Under the pieces are notes generated by a model, which was given only the letters and a program-made list of their open reading frames with translations, was not told the DNA's origin and did no database searches. A stretch of DNA of 64,000 bases from an uncultured Gemmatimonadales bacterium. Its GTDB lineage: Bacteria; Gemmatimonadota; Gemmatimonadetes; Gemmatimonadales; GWC2-71-9. Location: the NCBI GenBank assembly GCA_963828735.1, contig CAWHFW010000005.1, positions 1,696,001 to 1,760,000 on the forward strand. The letters run 5' to 3'. Position numbers and translations under genes: made by a program. This document shows positions 9,337 to 18,350 of the stretch, piece by piece. Position 1 is the first letter of the stretch. Each line of letters starts with the position of its first letter.

Positions 9337-11103
9337 GTGCAACACCAATCCTCGACCACCGCCGAATCCGACTACCGCGTCCTCGCACCCGGCACGCCCT
9401 CCACCAAGGCACCCGCGGCGCTCAGGAGGCTCGCGGTGTTCATGACCCACGGCATGGGCCAGCAGGTGCCGTTCACCACGCTCGACGCCGTGTTCGAGCG
9501 GCTGCGCCTCCGCGAGCCGTTCGCCTCCGCGCGCCCCGAGGCCGAGACGGTCCGGCTTGGCGGTCAGCAGATGCAGCGCCTCGTGCTCCGGCTCCCCGCC
9601 CTCGAGCGCGAGATCCACTTCTACGAGGGATACTGGGCGCCGCTCACCGAGGGTGAAGTCACGCTGCGCGACATCGTACGGTTCCTGCTCCGCGCGGGCG
9701 TGAATGGAATCCTCAACAGCACGACCAGTTTCTCCCGCTGGATCTTCGGCCGCTGGCAGTCGTACGACATCCCCGTGCGGAGCTGGGCGTACCTCGTGGT
9801 GGCGCTCGCGACGGTCGGCTCGCTGATCCTCATCAACTCAGTGGTCATCGTCGTGAGCACGGCGCGCGCCACGCTCGGCCAGACGCCGCCGCCCTGGCTC
9901 AGCGATGCGCTCTTCTGCGATCTCACCACCACGCTCAATCTCCTGCTCATCGTGGCGACGGCATTCGTCGTGATCCTCGGCGCCTCGAAGCTCGCACGGC
10001 GCCGCGGCGCCCGGTGGCTCCGGTCCCTGCTCGGATTCCTGAGCGTCGCTCTCTTCGCCCTGACGCTTCTGGCCACGGTGCTCGCGGGCCTCGCGCTTCC
10101 CCTCCTGATTTTGTCGCATGTTCAGCACCAGGGCGCCTGGGTGCCCGGGATGTGGCGGTGGAGCAGCCTGCTCGGGCAGCATGGAGCGGCGCGGCTCGAC
10201 AACTGGTGCAGCGCCGTGTTTCTCACGCTGCCCGTGCTGGCGATCGGGTACGTGCTGGGCTCGTGGGCCTTGACCTTCCTCACTGCGGCGGCCTCCCAGA
10301 TTCGCGCCCGTCGCCCGGCGCAGCAGCCGCTCGCCTCGCTCCTCGTGCTCGCGGCCTTCGCCGTCGGTACCACGCTCATCCTGATCGAGGTGTGGACGCT
10401 CTGGCCGTCGGGCGGCCCGGAGAACCACTGGCCGCTCCGCCTGCTGGTCACCTGGGCGGTGGTGCTGCTCCTGAGCGCCGTCGTCCGCCGATTCATGGTC
10501 CAGTACCTCGGGGACGTCGCCGTCTACATCGAATCGCATACCGTGGATCGCTTCGCCGAGCTGCGAACCAGAATCCGCGAGTGCGTCATCGACCGCGCGC
10601 GCGCCGTCTATGCGGCCACGGGGGCGGAGGCGTACGATCGGGTCGTGGTCGTCGGCCACTCGCTCGGCACGCTCGTGAGCTACGACGTGCTCAACCAGTT
10701 GCTCTGCGAGGACGCCATCGACCGGCAAGAGGGCCGCCCGACGCGGGACGTCGCCCGCCGCACGCCGCTCTTCCTCACCTTCGGCTCGCCGCTCGACAAG
10801 ACCGCCTTCATCTTCGCCGTGCAGCATGGCCGGACCACCCAGGCGCGGGAGGCGCTGGCGGCCTCCGCGCAGCCGATGCTGCAGGACTACGCCTGGCGGC
10901 CAGAGCGCTGGGTGAACATCTATTCGCCCTGGGACATCATCAGCGGGGCGCTCGAATACTACGATCTCCCCGGGGCGGCCGACCCGAGGCAGGTGGTGAA
11001 CCTGAAGGATCCGGATGCCACCACCCTGCTGATGGCTCACGTGGAATACTGGGAGGATGGCCTCCTGCCACAGGTGCTGGGGGAGGCGCTCGTTTCGGCC
11101 TAG
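9337..11103 (+). CDS. Membrane-embedded alpha/beta-hydrolase-fold protein
   Basis: N-terminal HGMGQQ, multiple TM helices, then GHSLG, LTFGSPL, DIISG, AHVEYW. Confidence 0.7.
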   Translation: MQHQSSTTAESDYRVLAPGTPSTKAPAALRRLAVFMTHGMGQQVPFTTLDAVFERLRLREPFASARPEAETVRLGGQQMQRLVLRLPALEREIHFYEGYWAPLTEGEVTLRDIVRFLLRAGVNGILNSTTSFSRWIFGRWQSYDIPVRSWAYLVVALATVGSLILINSVVIVVSTARATLGQTPPPWLSDALFCDLTTTLNLLLIVATAFVVILGASKLARRRGARWLRSLLGFLSVALFALTLLATVLAGLALPLLILSHVQHQGAWVPGMWRWSSLLGQHGAARLDNWCSAVFLTLPVLAIGYVLGSWALTFLTAAASQIRARRPAQQPLASLLVLAAFAVGTTLILIEVWTLWPSGGPENHWPLRLLVTWAVVLLLSAVVRRFMVQYLGDVAVYIESHTVDRFAELRTRIRECVIDRARAVYAATGAEAYDRVVVVGHSLGTLVSYDVLNQLLCEDAIDRQEGRPTRDVARRTPLFLTFGSPLDKTAFIFAVQHGRTTQAREALAASAQPMLQDYAWRPERWVNIYSPWDIISGALEYYDLPGAADPRQVVNLKDPDATTLLMAHVEYWEDGLLPQVLGEALVSA

Positions 11104-11374
11104 CGAACGAGTTGGGCTCCTCTCACGTCCGCGCCCACTCGACTGTCCCGAGCGGCGGTCGGATGCGCACTGTGCCCGGACCCCAGCGGGGGACCAACGT
11201 CGCAGCGCGCGTGCACCCCTAACTTTGGTTGGCCCGCTCCCCACCTTGGGTCGGCATCCCGATCCATCCATCGCCCGCCGCAATTCCCGACCCTCGCTCG
11301 ATGCCCGCCCACGGCCGAATCGCGAAGTTCGCCCGGTGAGACTGAAATCACCGGCTCGAACCCGTTGAGGCCCC

Positions 11375-13354
11375 ATGTTCCGCCCGACCCGTATTCGCTG
11401 GCTGATCACCGCCACCATCCTGACCATCGCTTGCCGACGCCAGCCCGGCTCGCCCGCCAACGCCGCGCGCACCGACCGGCCGACCGAGCCACGCGCCGTG
11501 CCGCGCGTGGCCGCAAACGACAACCGACAGCCGGCCGGGTGGCTCCAGAACGGAGTGCTCACCGTCCGGCTCGTGGCGAGAGAAGGGGTGTGGTATCCCG
11601 AAGGGCCTGAGGGCACAGGCCTCGGGATCGCAGCGTTCGCCGAACCCGGGAAGCCCCCACAGAATCCCGGGCCGCTCATCCGCGTCCCCGCGGGCACCGA
11701 GGTCCACGCCATCGTGCGCAATGCGCTCGCGAAGCCGCTCACGGTTCTCGGCCTGGGCCGGCAGCGCGGTCTCGGCGCCGACAGCCTCCGGCTGCTGCCC
11801 GGTGCGGAGCGCGAGGTTCGCTTCCGGGCAACCACTCCGGGCACCTGGTACTACGCCGGCGTGACTTCGCCCGCGCCCGTGCTTGGACGGAGCACCGAGG
11901 ACAGCCAGCTCCAGGGCGCGATCGTGGTGGATCCGCCCGCGAGCATCAGTCCGCCTGCCGATCGCGTCTTCGTGATCTCGTGGTGGTTCACGCTCGACTC
12001 GACCAGGGCGAGCGGCCTCGGACGCGCCACCCTCGCGATCAACGGCCGGTCGTGGCCCTACACCGAGCGCATTGACGCGCTGCAGGGCGACTCGCTCCGC
12101 TGGCGATGGATCAACCTCACCGGTCTCGATCACCCGATGCATCTGCACGGTTTCTACTTCCGCGTAGATGCCGCCGGCGACGGCGCCCGCTACACCAGCT
12201 ACGCCGGGGACGAGCGGGGCCGGGCGGTGACGCAGGTGCTGCATCCGGGCGGAACGATGGCGCTCGCATGGACGGCCGACCGGCCCGGCAACTGGATCCT
12301 CCACTGCCACTTCGTGGGACACATCTCGCACCTGGTGTCCCTTGGCGAGGTGCACGGCACGGCGATGTCGGCCCCGCGCATCCACATGGTCGATTTCGCG
12401 GATGGGGGCATCCCACGGTTCCACCGTTCGGCCGCGACGGGGCATCAGATGGCGGGACTCGTGCTCGGCATTCGGGTCGCTCCCGTCGGTCCGGCGAGGG
12501 CGCCGGCGGCCAACCCGCGCCGGCTCCGCCTGCTGGTCCGCTCGAAGCCCAATGTGTACGGGGACAAGCCGGGCTATGCCTACGCCCTCGGCGGCACCGC
12601 CGAGGCGGACGACTCGGCGCCGTTGCCGGCGCGGAGTCCGACGCTCGTGCTCGAGAAGGGGGAGCCGGTGGCGATCACGGTCGTCAACCACTCGCCGGAG
12701 CCCGCCGCGGTGCACTGGCACGGGATCGAGCTCGAGAGCTTTCCGGACGGCGTGCCCGGCTGGAGCGGGAGTGGCCGCTCGGTACTGGATCCCATTCAGC
12801 CCGGCGACTCGCTCACCGTGCGCTTCACCCCGCCGCGCGCGGGGACGTTCATGTACCACTCGCACTTCGACGAGCTCGATCAGATCGCGTCGGGCCTCTA
12901 CGGCCCGATCGTCGTGCTCGACCGTGGACAGCGTTACGACGCCGACACCGACCGCGTCCTCCTCTTCAGCGACGGCGGCCCGACGACGAACGTGATCCGG
13001 GGCCCGTTCCCGCCCGCGCTGCTCAACGGACGGGAGCGCCCGGAGCCGATCGAGCTTCGCGCCGGGACGACGTACCGGTTCCGACTCATCAATATCCGGA
13101 CCGACTACATGGTGGCGCTGTCGCTGCTGCGGAAAGGAAGGCCGGTCGAATGGCGGGTGGTGGCGAAGGACGGCGCGGACCTGCCGGTTTCTCAGGTCGG
13201 ATCGCGACCCGCGAAGCTCACGTTCGCGGCGGGTGAGATCTATGACGTCGAGGTCACGCCCCGGAAGCCGGGCTCGCTCCGGCTGCGTTACGAGCTACCA
13301 CCTCGCGGTCCGGCGCCGTCGCAGCCGACAGAGGTGGCGGTACAGGTGCGGTAG
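11375..13354 (+). CDS. Multicopper oxidase with four cupredoxin domains, probable lipoprotein
   Basis: LTIAC lipobox. HPMHLHG and HCHFVGH..M in domain 2, VHWHG and MYHSH in domain 3. Confidence 0.85.
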   Translation: MFRPTRIRWLITATILTIACRRQPGSPANAARTDRPTEPRAVPRVAANDNRQPAGWLQNGVLTVRLVAREGVWYPEGPEGTGLGIAAFAEPGKPPQNPGPLIRVPAGTEVHAIVRNALAKPLTVLGLGRQRGLGADSLRLLPGAEREVRFRATTPGTWYYAGVTSPAPVLGRSTEDSQLQGAIVVDPPASISPPADRVFVISWWFTLDSTRASGLGRATLAINGRSWPYTERIDALQGDSLRWRWINLTGLDHPMHLHGFYFRVDAAGDGARYTSYAGDERGRAVTQVLHPGGTMALAWTADRPGNWILHCHFVGHISHLVSLGEVHGTAMSAPRIHMVDFADGGIPRFHRSAATGHQMAGLVLGIRVAPVGPARAPAANPRRLRLLVRSKPNVYGDKPGYAYALGGTAEADDSAPLPARSPTLVLEKGEPVAITVVNHSPEPAAVHWHGIELESFPDGVPGWSGSGRSVLDPIQPGDSLTVRFTPPRAGTFMYHSHFDELDQIASGLYGPIVVLDRGQRYDADTDRVLLFSDGGPTTNVIRGPFPPALLNGRERPEPIELRAGTTYRFRLINIRTDYMVALSLLRKGRPVEWRVVAKDGADLPVSQVGSRPAKLTFAAGEIYDVEVTPRKPGSLRLRYELPPRGPAPSQPTEVAVQVR

Positions 13355-13556
13355 GCGAACGGAGGGTCCCACGTGGCGACCCGCGACACAGTATCTGAAT
13401 CGCACAAGCGATTGCTGCGTAACGAGTTGCAATAAGTTGTGGCGTCGAGTCTCGCTGGTGCAGGAGGCTCGCAAGGCTGACCTGCACCTAGGTATCGTTC
13501 CGCACTTCCGTTTTGGACACCATACTATCGATGTCCATTCGATGGAGGGTGCCCCA

Positions 13557-13910
13557 ATGCGTGGCCTTCGATTCGCCGTGCCGCTCGCCGCTCTTTTGGT
13601 TCTCCCGCTCCGCACCATGTCTGCACAGGAGGTGGTCAGGACCGACCGACTTCCCGTGGGATTCACCGTGACCGCGGTGTCCGATGATGGCCGCTATGTG
13701 ACGCTGAAAGACGGCCGAACCTGGGAGGTAGACATCTCCGACCGCGCCACCACGGGCTCGTGGGTCGTCGGCGACTTCGTCGGCATGCGGATGATCTCCG
13801 CGCCACGAGGAGACTACGAGTGGCTGCTGATTCGGCGCGGTGACCTCGACCAGCAGGCGGCCGTGCGGTTGGTGGACTGGTCGGGCCAGCCGACCGCGGG
13901 GTCGGAGTAG
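13557..13910 (+). CDS. Hypothetical secreted protein
   Basis: GGAGGG RBS, signal peptide ending MSAQ, VTLKDGRTWEV motif. Confidence 0.7.
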   Translation: MRGLRFAVPLAALLVLPLRTMSAQEVVRTDRLPVGFTVTAVSDDGRYVTLKDGRTWEVDISDRATTGSWVVGDFVGMRMISAPRGDYEWLLIRRGDLDQQAAVRLVDWSGQPTAGSE

Positions 13911-13942
13911 CGGAGAAACCGGGGCCCGGCGGGGCCTCTGGC

Positions 13943-14005
13943 TCTGAACACACGAGAAGGGGGCATGCTCGAGAGGCATGCCCCCTTCTCTTCGTTCAGG
14001 GTGAC
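13943..14005. repeat. REP-like palindrome / bidirectional terminator
   Basis: Perfect 15-bp stem GAGAAGGGGGCATGC (13954-13968) / GCATGCCCCCTTCTC (13976-13990), flanked by CTGAAC / GTTCAGGGTGAC, between convergent genes. Confidence 0.65.
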
Positions 14006-14027
14006 GGATGCAGTTTCGTCGGCCAGG

Positions 14028-14510
14028 TTAGGCCGGCTGCTGCATGTTCGAGAAGAACTCGTCCGCCGCTTTCCGGAGCTCGTCGGGCGTGAGGTCCTTG
14101 ATGCGCTGCGACAGCCACCAGTGATGGCCGAACGGATCCTCGATGCACCCGCTGCGATCGCCCCAGAACTGGTCGGCAAGTGGCATGATCGCCTTGCCGC
14201 CGGCGTCCAATGCGCGCTTCCAGGCCGCGTCCACGTTCTCCTGATAGATGAAGAAGCTGACCGGGGTTCCGCCGTACGACTGCGGGCCCTTGGCACCATG
14301 CTCGGGCATTTCGTCGGCCATCATGATGACCGAGTCGCCGACCTTGATCTCGGCGTGCATGATCCGCCCATCCGGCCCCGCGAACCGACCCTGCTCCTCG
14401 GCGCCGAACGCCTTCTTGTAGAATTCGATCGCCTTCGGGGCACTCGACACCACGATGCTGGGCGTAACGCTGTGATACCCCTTCGGAATCGCCTGTGCTT
14501 TCGCTGCCAT
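14028..14510 (-). CDS. VOC/glyoxalase family protein (PhnB-like)
   Basis: AGGAGG RBS, IPKGYHSVTP, AIEFYKKAFGA, HAEIKVGDS, DQFWGDRSG..DPFGHHW. Confidence 0.9.
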   Translation of the reverse strand: MAAKAQAIPKGYHSVTPSIVVSSAPKAIEFYKKAFGAEEQGRFAGPDGRIMHAEIKVGDSVIMMADEMPEHGAKGPQSYGGTPVSFFIYQENVDAAWKRALDAGGKAIMPLADQFWGDRSGCIEDPFGHHWWLSQRIKDLTPDELRKAADEFFSNMQQPA

Positions 14511-14654
14511 ACGGCCTCCTGCCGCAATGTGAATGGAGGCAGAATATTCGAATCCTTGGTCCGTCCCGCAACCTCCCGGCGTCTCGGATGGGAACATCGA
14601 ATGTCACAGATTCGACGTTCGCGCCGGAGCTCTCTCACGTTTGTGTGCGAAGGC

Positions 14655-14670
14655 AGTGATTTGAATCACA
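14655..14670. promoter_or_regulatory. CRP/FNR-family-like operator
   Basis: AGTGA-TTTGAA-TCACA, 9/10 match to TGTGA-N6-TCACA, in an AT-richer intergenic stretch. Confidence 0.35.
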
Positions 14671-14769
14671 CGAAGAGTGAAGAGCCATCGAGGCTCAGGC
14701 CCGACAGGCCGGAACGAGTGGGCCACCGCTTGGAAGGAGAGCGGTGGCCCATCACGTGTGCGGAGAATG

Positions 14770-15396
14770 TCAGGGGCGCCAGTCCAACCCAAACTGCAGG
14801 CGGGTCGACAGGGTGTTATTGACGTTCACGTCGAAGCTCTGGCCGGGATCCTCGTAGTGGCCGAACTTGCCCATCGTGACGACGGCGGCCGCGTTGAGCG
14901 ACGTGTTCGGCGACAGCGCGTACGTGATGCCACCGCCGCCGCTCAGGGCCATGCCGTGAAGCTTCACGGTGCCGAAGTCGGCGACCTTGGCGCCGAGCCC
15001 ACGCAGGCCGACGGCGCCGGTGACGTACGGAGTGAGACGGCTCGCCGCCTTGGGGAAGCTCATGCGCCCGCCGAGCTCGAGCATGCCGAGGCCCCAGTGC
15101 CCCCCTCCGTCCTCCGCGGCGGCGCCAAGCCGGCCGAGGTCCGCGCCGGCGTAGATCATGTAGCGCGGGCTGAAGGCATAGCCGACTTGCGCGCCCGCAC
15201 CGGGACCCGACGAGATGTCGATGGGCGTGTCGACGTCAGGGCCGTCGATGCTGAAGCCGGGCATCGCGAACGCGTGTGCGTTGAGCACGAGGCCCCTCGG
15301 CGCCTTGGCGGGAGGCATCGAGCCGTGCTGCTGGGCGTGGACGGGTGCGGCGCCGGCTGTCGCCAGCGCCAGGATGGCAAGGATGATCTGTCGCAT
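14770..15396 (-). CDS. Outer-membrane beta-barrel protein (OmpA/OmpW-like small barrel)
   Basis: Signal peptide, alternating amphipathic strands, TPYVTGAVG, terminal QFGLDW. Confidence 0.75.
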   Translation of the reverse strand: MRQIILAILALATAGAAPVHAQQHGSMPPAKAPRGLVLNAHAFAMPGFSIDGPDVDTPIDISSGPGAGAQVGYAFSPRYMIYAGADLGRLGAAAEDGGGHWGLGMLELGGRMSFPKAASRLTPYVTGAVGLRGLGAKVADFGTVKLHGMALSGGGGITYALSPNTSLNAAAVVTMGKFGHYEDPGQSFDVNVNNTLSTRLQFGLDWRP

Positions 15397-15580
15397 ACGT
15401 GGTCTCCCCTCGGGTCGTGGTCCTCGATTCGGGCTGGCGAGCTGATGCCTCGCAGGAGGGGATACGCAGGGACCCGGGGGGATGTCTCACATGGGGGTGG
15501 AGGAGGTCGAAGATGGCCTGACGGCCGCCCGAAGGACCCTCGCCTGTCCATAGGTCCCGATTTGGGTTAAAATCCCGTCC

Positions 15581-15937
15581 ATGTTCCTGGCCCTGCGCTC
15601 CCGCCGCCTCGCGTTCGTCGTCCTGGCCGCCTTCCTCTTGGCACAGCCGGCCGCAGGCTGTGCCGCGCTCTGCCTGTTTCAGGCCCACGACGCCGGCGCG
15701 CACGCGATGCCGGACATGGACCAGGGGCGCGGGACGCTGGCGAACGTCGCATGCCACACCGGCATCTCGGGCGCCGTCCAGCGCGCTTCGCTCCAGCTGC
15801 TCTCACCCATGGCCCCGACCCGCGCTGCCGTTGTCGCGACCGTCGCCGAGCAATGGGTCGAGCCCGTTGGCGCTCTCCCCGAGCTCCCGCGATTGGTGTC
15901 CCACGCTGTCGAGTCGCCCCCTCCGCGTTTCGTCTAG
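15581..15937 (+). CDS. CutF/CruR (DUF2946)-like exported leader protein
   Basis: Signal peptide, CAALC (CxxxC), His/Met patch HAMPDMD, ACH, C-terminal ESPPPRFV. TAAAAT 7 nt before the ATG suggests a leaderless mRNA. Confidence 0.65.
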   Translation: MFLALRSRRLAFVVLAAFLLAQPAAGCAALCLFQAHDAGAHAMPDMDQGRGTLANVACHTGISGAVQRASLQLLSPMAPTRAAVVATVAEQWVEPVGALPELPRLVSHAVESPPPRFV

Positions 15938-16044
15938 CCCCAACACAACTCGTGCAGGACTTCGGCGTCTGACGGGCATTCCGTCGGCGTCGCGCGTGGC
16001 GCAAGGTGCACACGCCCGGGCTTCAGACCTAGGGAGACGACGAC

Positions 16045-17181
16045 ATGCGGGGAGTGACTCGGTCCGCTCGTATCGTGATCCTCATCCTCGGCCTCGCCGC
16101 CGGCAACGCCGCCGCGCAGGTCACGCCCGATCAGCCGGTCACGCTCGAGGGCGCGGGCAACGACGTGCAGCCCGTGACCGGTGAAGACCAGCATGCACTG
16201 GCCATTTCGGGCTTCGGCGTGGCCGGCTACACCTATGACGGGAAGACCGACGACAACTCCTTCTCGGCAGGCAAGGTGGCGGTGTCGCTCTTCCGCGAGC
16301 TCACCGACCACCTGTACGTCTTCGGGCAGCTGACGACGTCGATCCAGGACGAGGGTGACGCGGAGCCGGCGACCGAGATCGAGATCGACAACCTGCTGGT
16401 GAGCTTCACGCCGCCGGGGTCGTCCAACGTCAACCTCACCTTCGGGACGCTCGACGCTCCTGTCGGGTTCGAGCGTGACGACGAGGTCCTGCTCTTCACG
16501 CCGTCCACCTCGTTCAACTTCGAGCTGGCGCGGCCCGCGAAGCTCACCGGGTTGTTCGCGACCTGGACCCTGAGCCGGCGCGTGGATCTCAGCGGCTTCG
16601 TCGCCAACGGGTGGGACACGCCGATCGACCCCAATCACGGGAAGACCGTCGGGGCCCGGCTCGGCCTCCTGCCCGCGGAGGGCTCGAGCATCGGATTGAG
16701 CGCGCTCTATGGGTCGGAGGGCGAAGCCGGCGAGACCAACAACCGCCTGCTCCTCAACGCCGACTACGCGTTCGAGCCGGTGCGCGACTGGATCGTGGCC
16801 GGCGAAGCGAACTACGGCAAGGACTACGACCTTCCCGACGCCGGCGATGCGCGCTGGGCCGGGGCGATGCTGCTGGTGCACCGCCAGATGTCGCGCCACT
16901 TCGGCCTCGTCGCGCGCGCCGAGGTGATGGATGACAAGGACGGCGCGCGCACCGGCGTGCCGCAGACGCTCACCTCGTACACCCTCGCGCCGATCTATTC
17001 CATCGGCGTGGGACGCGAGGGCATCTTCGCCGACATTCAGCACACGACCTACCGGATTCCGCGATTCCAGCTCCGCGGCGAGGTCCGGCTCAACCACTCG
17101 AACGTGCCGTTCTTCGAGACGTCGGACGAGCCGGATCAGTGGGGCGTCCAATACACCGTGCAGCTGGTCACGACCTTCTAG
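16045..17181 (+). CDS. Putative outer-membrane porin (DUF1597/OmpL-like beta-barrel)
   Basis: Signal peptide, G.LDAPVGFE, NGWD...NHGKTVGARL, ARAEVMDD, terminal Phe. Confidence 0.75.
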   Translation: MRGVTRSARIVILILGLAAGNAAAQVTPDQPVTLEGAGNDVQPVTGEDQHALAISGFGVAGYTYDGKTDDNSFSAGKVAVSLFRELTDHLYVFGQLTTSIQDEGDAEPATEIEIDNLLVSFTPPGSSNVNLTFGTLDAPVGFERDDEVLLFTPSTSFNFELARPAKLTGLFATWTLSRRVDLSGFVANGWDTPIDPNHGKTVGARLGLLPAEGSSIGLSALYGSEGEAGETNNRLLLNADYAFEPVRDWIVAGEANYGKDYDLPDAGDARWAGAMLLVHRQMSRHFGLVARAEVMDDKDGARTGVPQTLTSYTLAPIYSIGVGREGIFADIQHTTYRIPRFQLRGEVRLNHSNVPFFETSDEPDQWGVQYTVQLVTTF

Positions 17182-17194
17182 CCGAGGGCGCACC

Positions 17195-17752
17195 ATGGGT
17201 CTCTACAGCCTGCGCCACGCGAATCGGTCGGTGAAGCTCGGCGCGCTGCTCTTCCTGCTGGTGCTGGGCTATGCCTACGTCTTCGCCTTCCTCATGGTGA
17301 AGACCTGGTCGGGGCTCACCCCCGCCCGCGTCCAGGCCACGTACGTGCCGAAACCGGGCATGGACGAGATGCGGATGACGACCGAGTCCCGCGCGACCAC
17401 GCAGCCGCTGGACCTGGGCAAGGTGCCGGAGATGCAGCACACGGTCGACACCAACCTGCTGGTCCAGGACAGCCACATCCACATCATGCTCTACGCCATC
17501 GTGGCCGGCCTGCTCACGCTGATCATCCTCGGGCTCGACTGGCCCGCGTGGTGGCGCGACACCGTGATCGTCACGGCGTTCGCCGCCGGCGCGCTCGACT
17601 TCGCCGGTCAGTGGCTCATGAAGTTCGGGCTGGGCGGGTTCGCCTGGCTCACGATCCTGTCGGGCTGGGGCATGTCCCTGGTCTATGTCATCGTCCTCTA
17701 TTCGACCGTCCGGGCAATCCTGCCCGGGCGCGCCCCGAGGAGCTCCTCATGA
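17195..17752 (+). CDS. Hypothetical 4-TM membrane protein with HxH motif
   Basis: TM helices, periplasmic Met-rich loop, DSHIHIM. Confidence 0.75.
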   Translation: MGLYSLRHANRSVKLGALLFLLVLGYAYVFAFLMVKTWSGLTPARVQATYVPKPGMDEMRMTTESRATTQPLDLGKVPEMQHTVDTNLLVQDSHIHIMLYAIVAGLLTLIILGLDWPAWWRDTVIVTAFAAGALDFAGQWLMKFGLGGFAWLTILSGWGMSLVYVIVLYSTVRAILPGRAPRSSS

Positions 17753-18339
17753 TCATGCTCAAACGCCTCGGCACGGCCGCAGCGCTCGCGCTTACCACCG
17801 CGGCGCTCGGCGCGGCCGCCCACCCGACGCCCAAGGTGGTGCTGGTGAAGCACGCCGACTTCATCCGGCAGACGCTTGTTGGCGCCAAGCAGTACTTCGT
17901 TCGCACAGTCAACATCGGCAAGAACGACCTCCAGGCGATCCGCAAGGCCAGTGACTTCACACCCGACGATCCGGACGTGCAGTTCTACCTGGGCCAGGGC
18001 GACGGCAGCGCGACGCTCGGCGTGGTGCTGTTCCAGCAGGTCGACACGCCGCACGGCCCGATCGAGGTCGGGCTCACGTTCGGACCCGACGGGGCGATTA
18101 CCCGCGCAATGGTCACCACGGCAACCGTGGAGACCAAGCCCTGGGTCCAGGAGGCGGTCGCGACCGGTCTCATGGACCACTTCACGGGCATGCGAGCTGG
18201 CGACGATCCGCGGAAGGCGCTCGGCAGTGTCCAGGCAAAGCTCGGCGGAATGCCGGAGTACATGGCCGAGCTGATCGCGACGGCCGTGGGGCGCGGGCTG
18301 GTGCTGTACTCCACGCTGTACAAGGAAAGCGCGACGTAG
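17749..18339 (+). CDS. Periplasmic FMN_bind-like protein lacking the flavinylation motif
   Basis: ATGA overlap, signal peptide, HGPIEVGLTFGPDGAI and F.G pattern of FMN-binding/RnfG-like folds, but no [S/T]GA[S/T]. Confidence 0.55.
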   Translation: MIMLKRLGTAAALALTTAALGAAAHPTPKVVLVKHADFIRQTLVGAKQYFVRTVNIGKNDLQAIRKASDFTPDDPDVQFYLGQGDGSATLGVVLFQQVDTPHGPIEVGLTFGPDGAITRAMVTTATVETKPWVQEAVATGLMDHFTGMRAGDDPRKALGSVQAKLGGMPEYMAELIATAVGRGLVLYSTLYKESAT

Positions 18340-18350
18340 GTGCGTGGGCG

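Noticed and set aside
9838..12865. Long minus-strand ORFs (668 and 505 aa)
   Set aside because: Antisense to the hydrolase and multicopper oxidase genes; Arg/Gly-rich with no domain signal.
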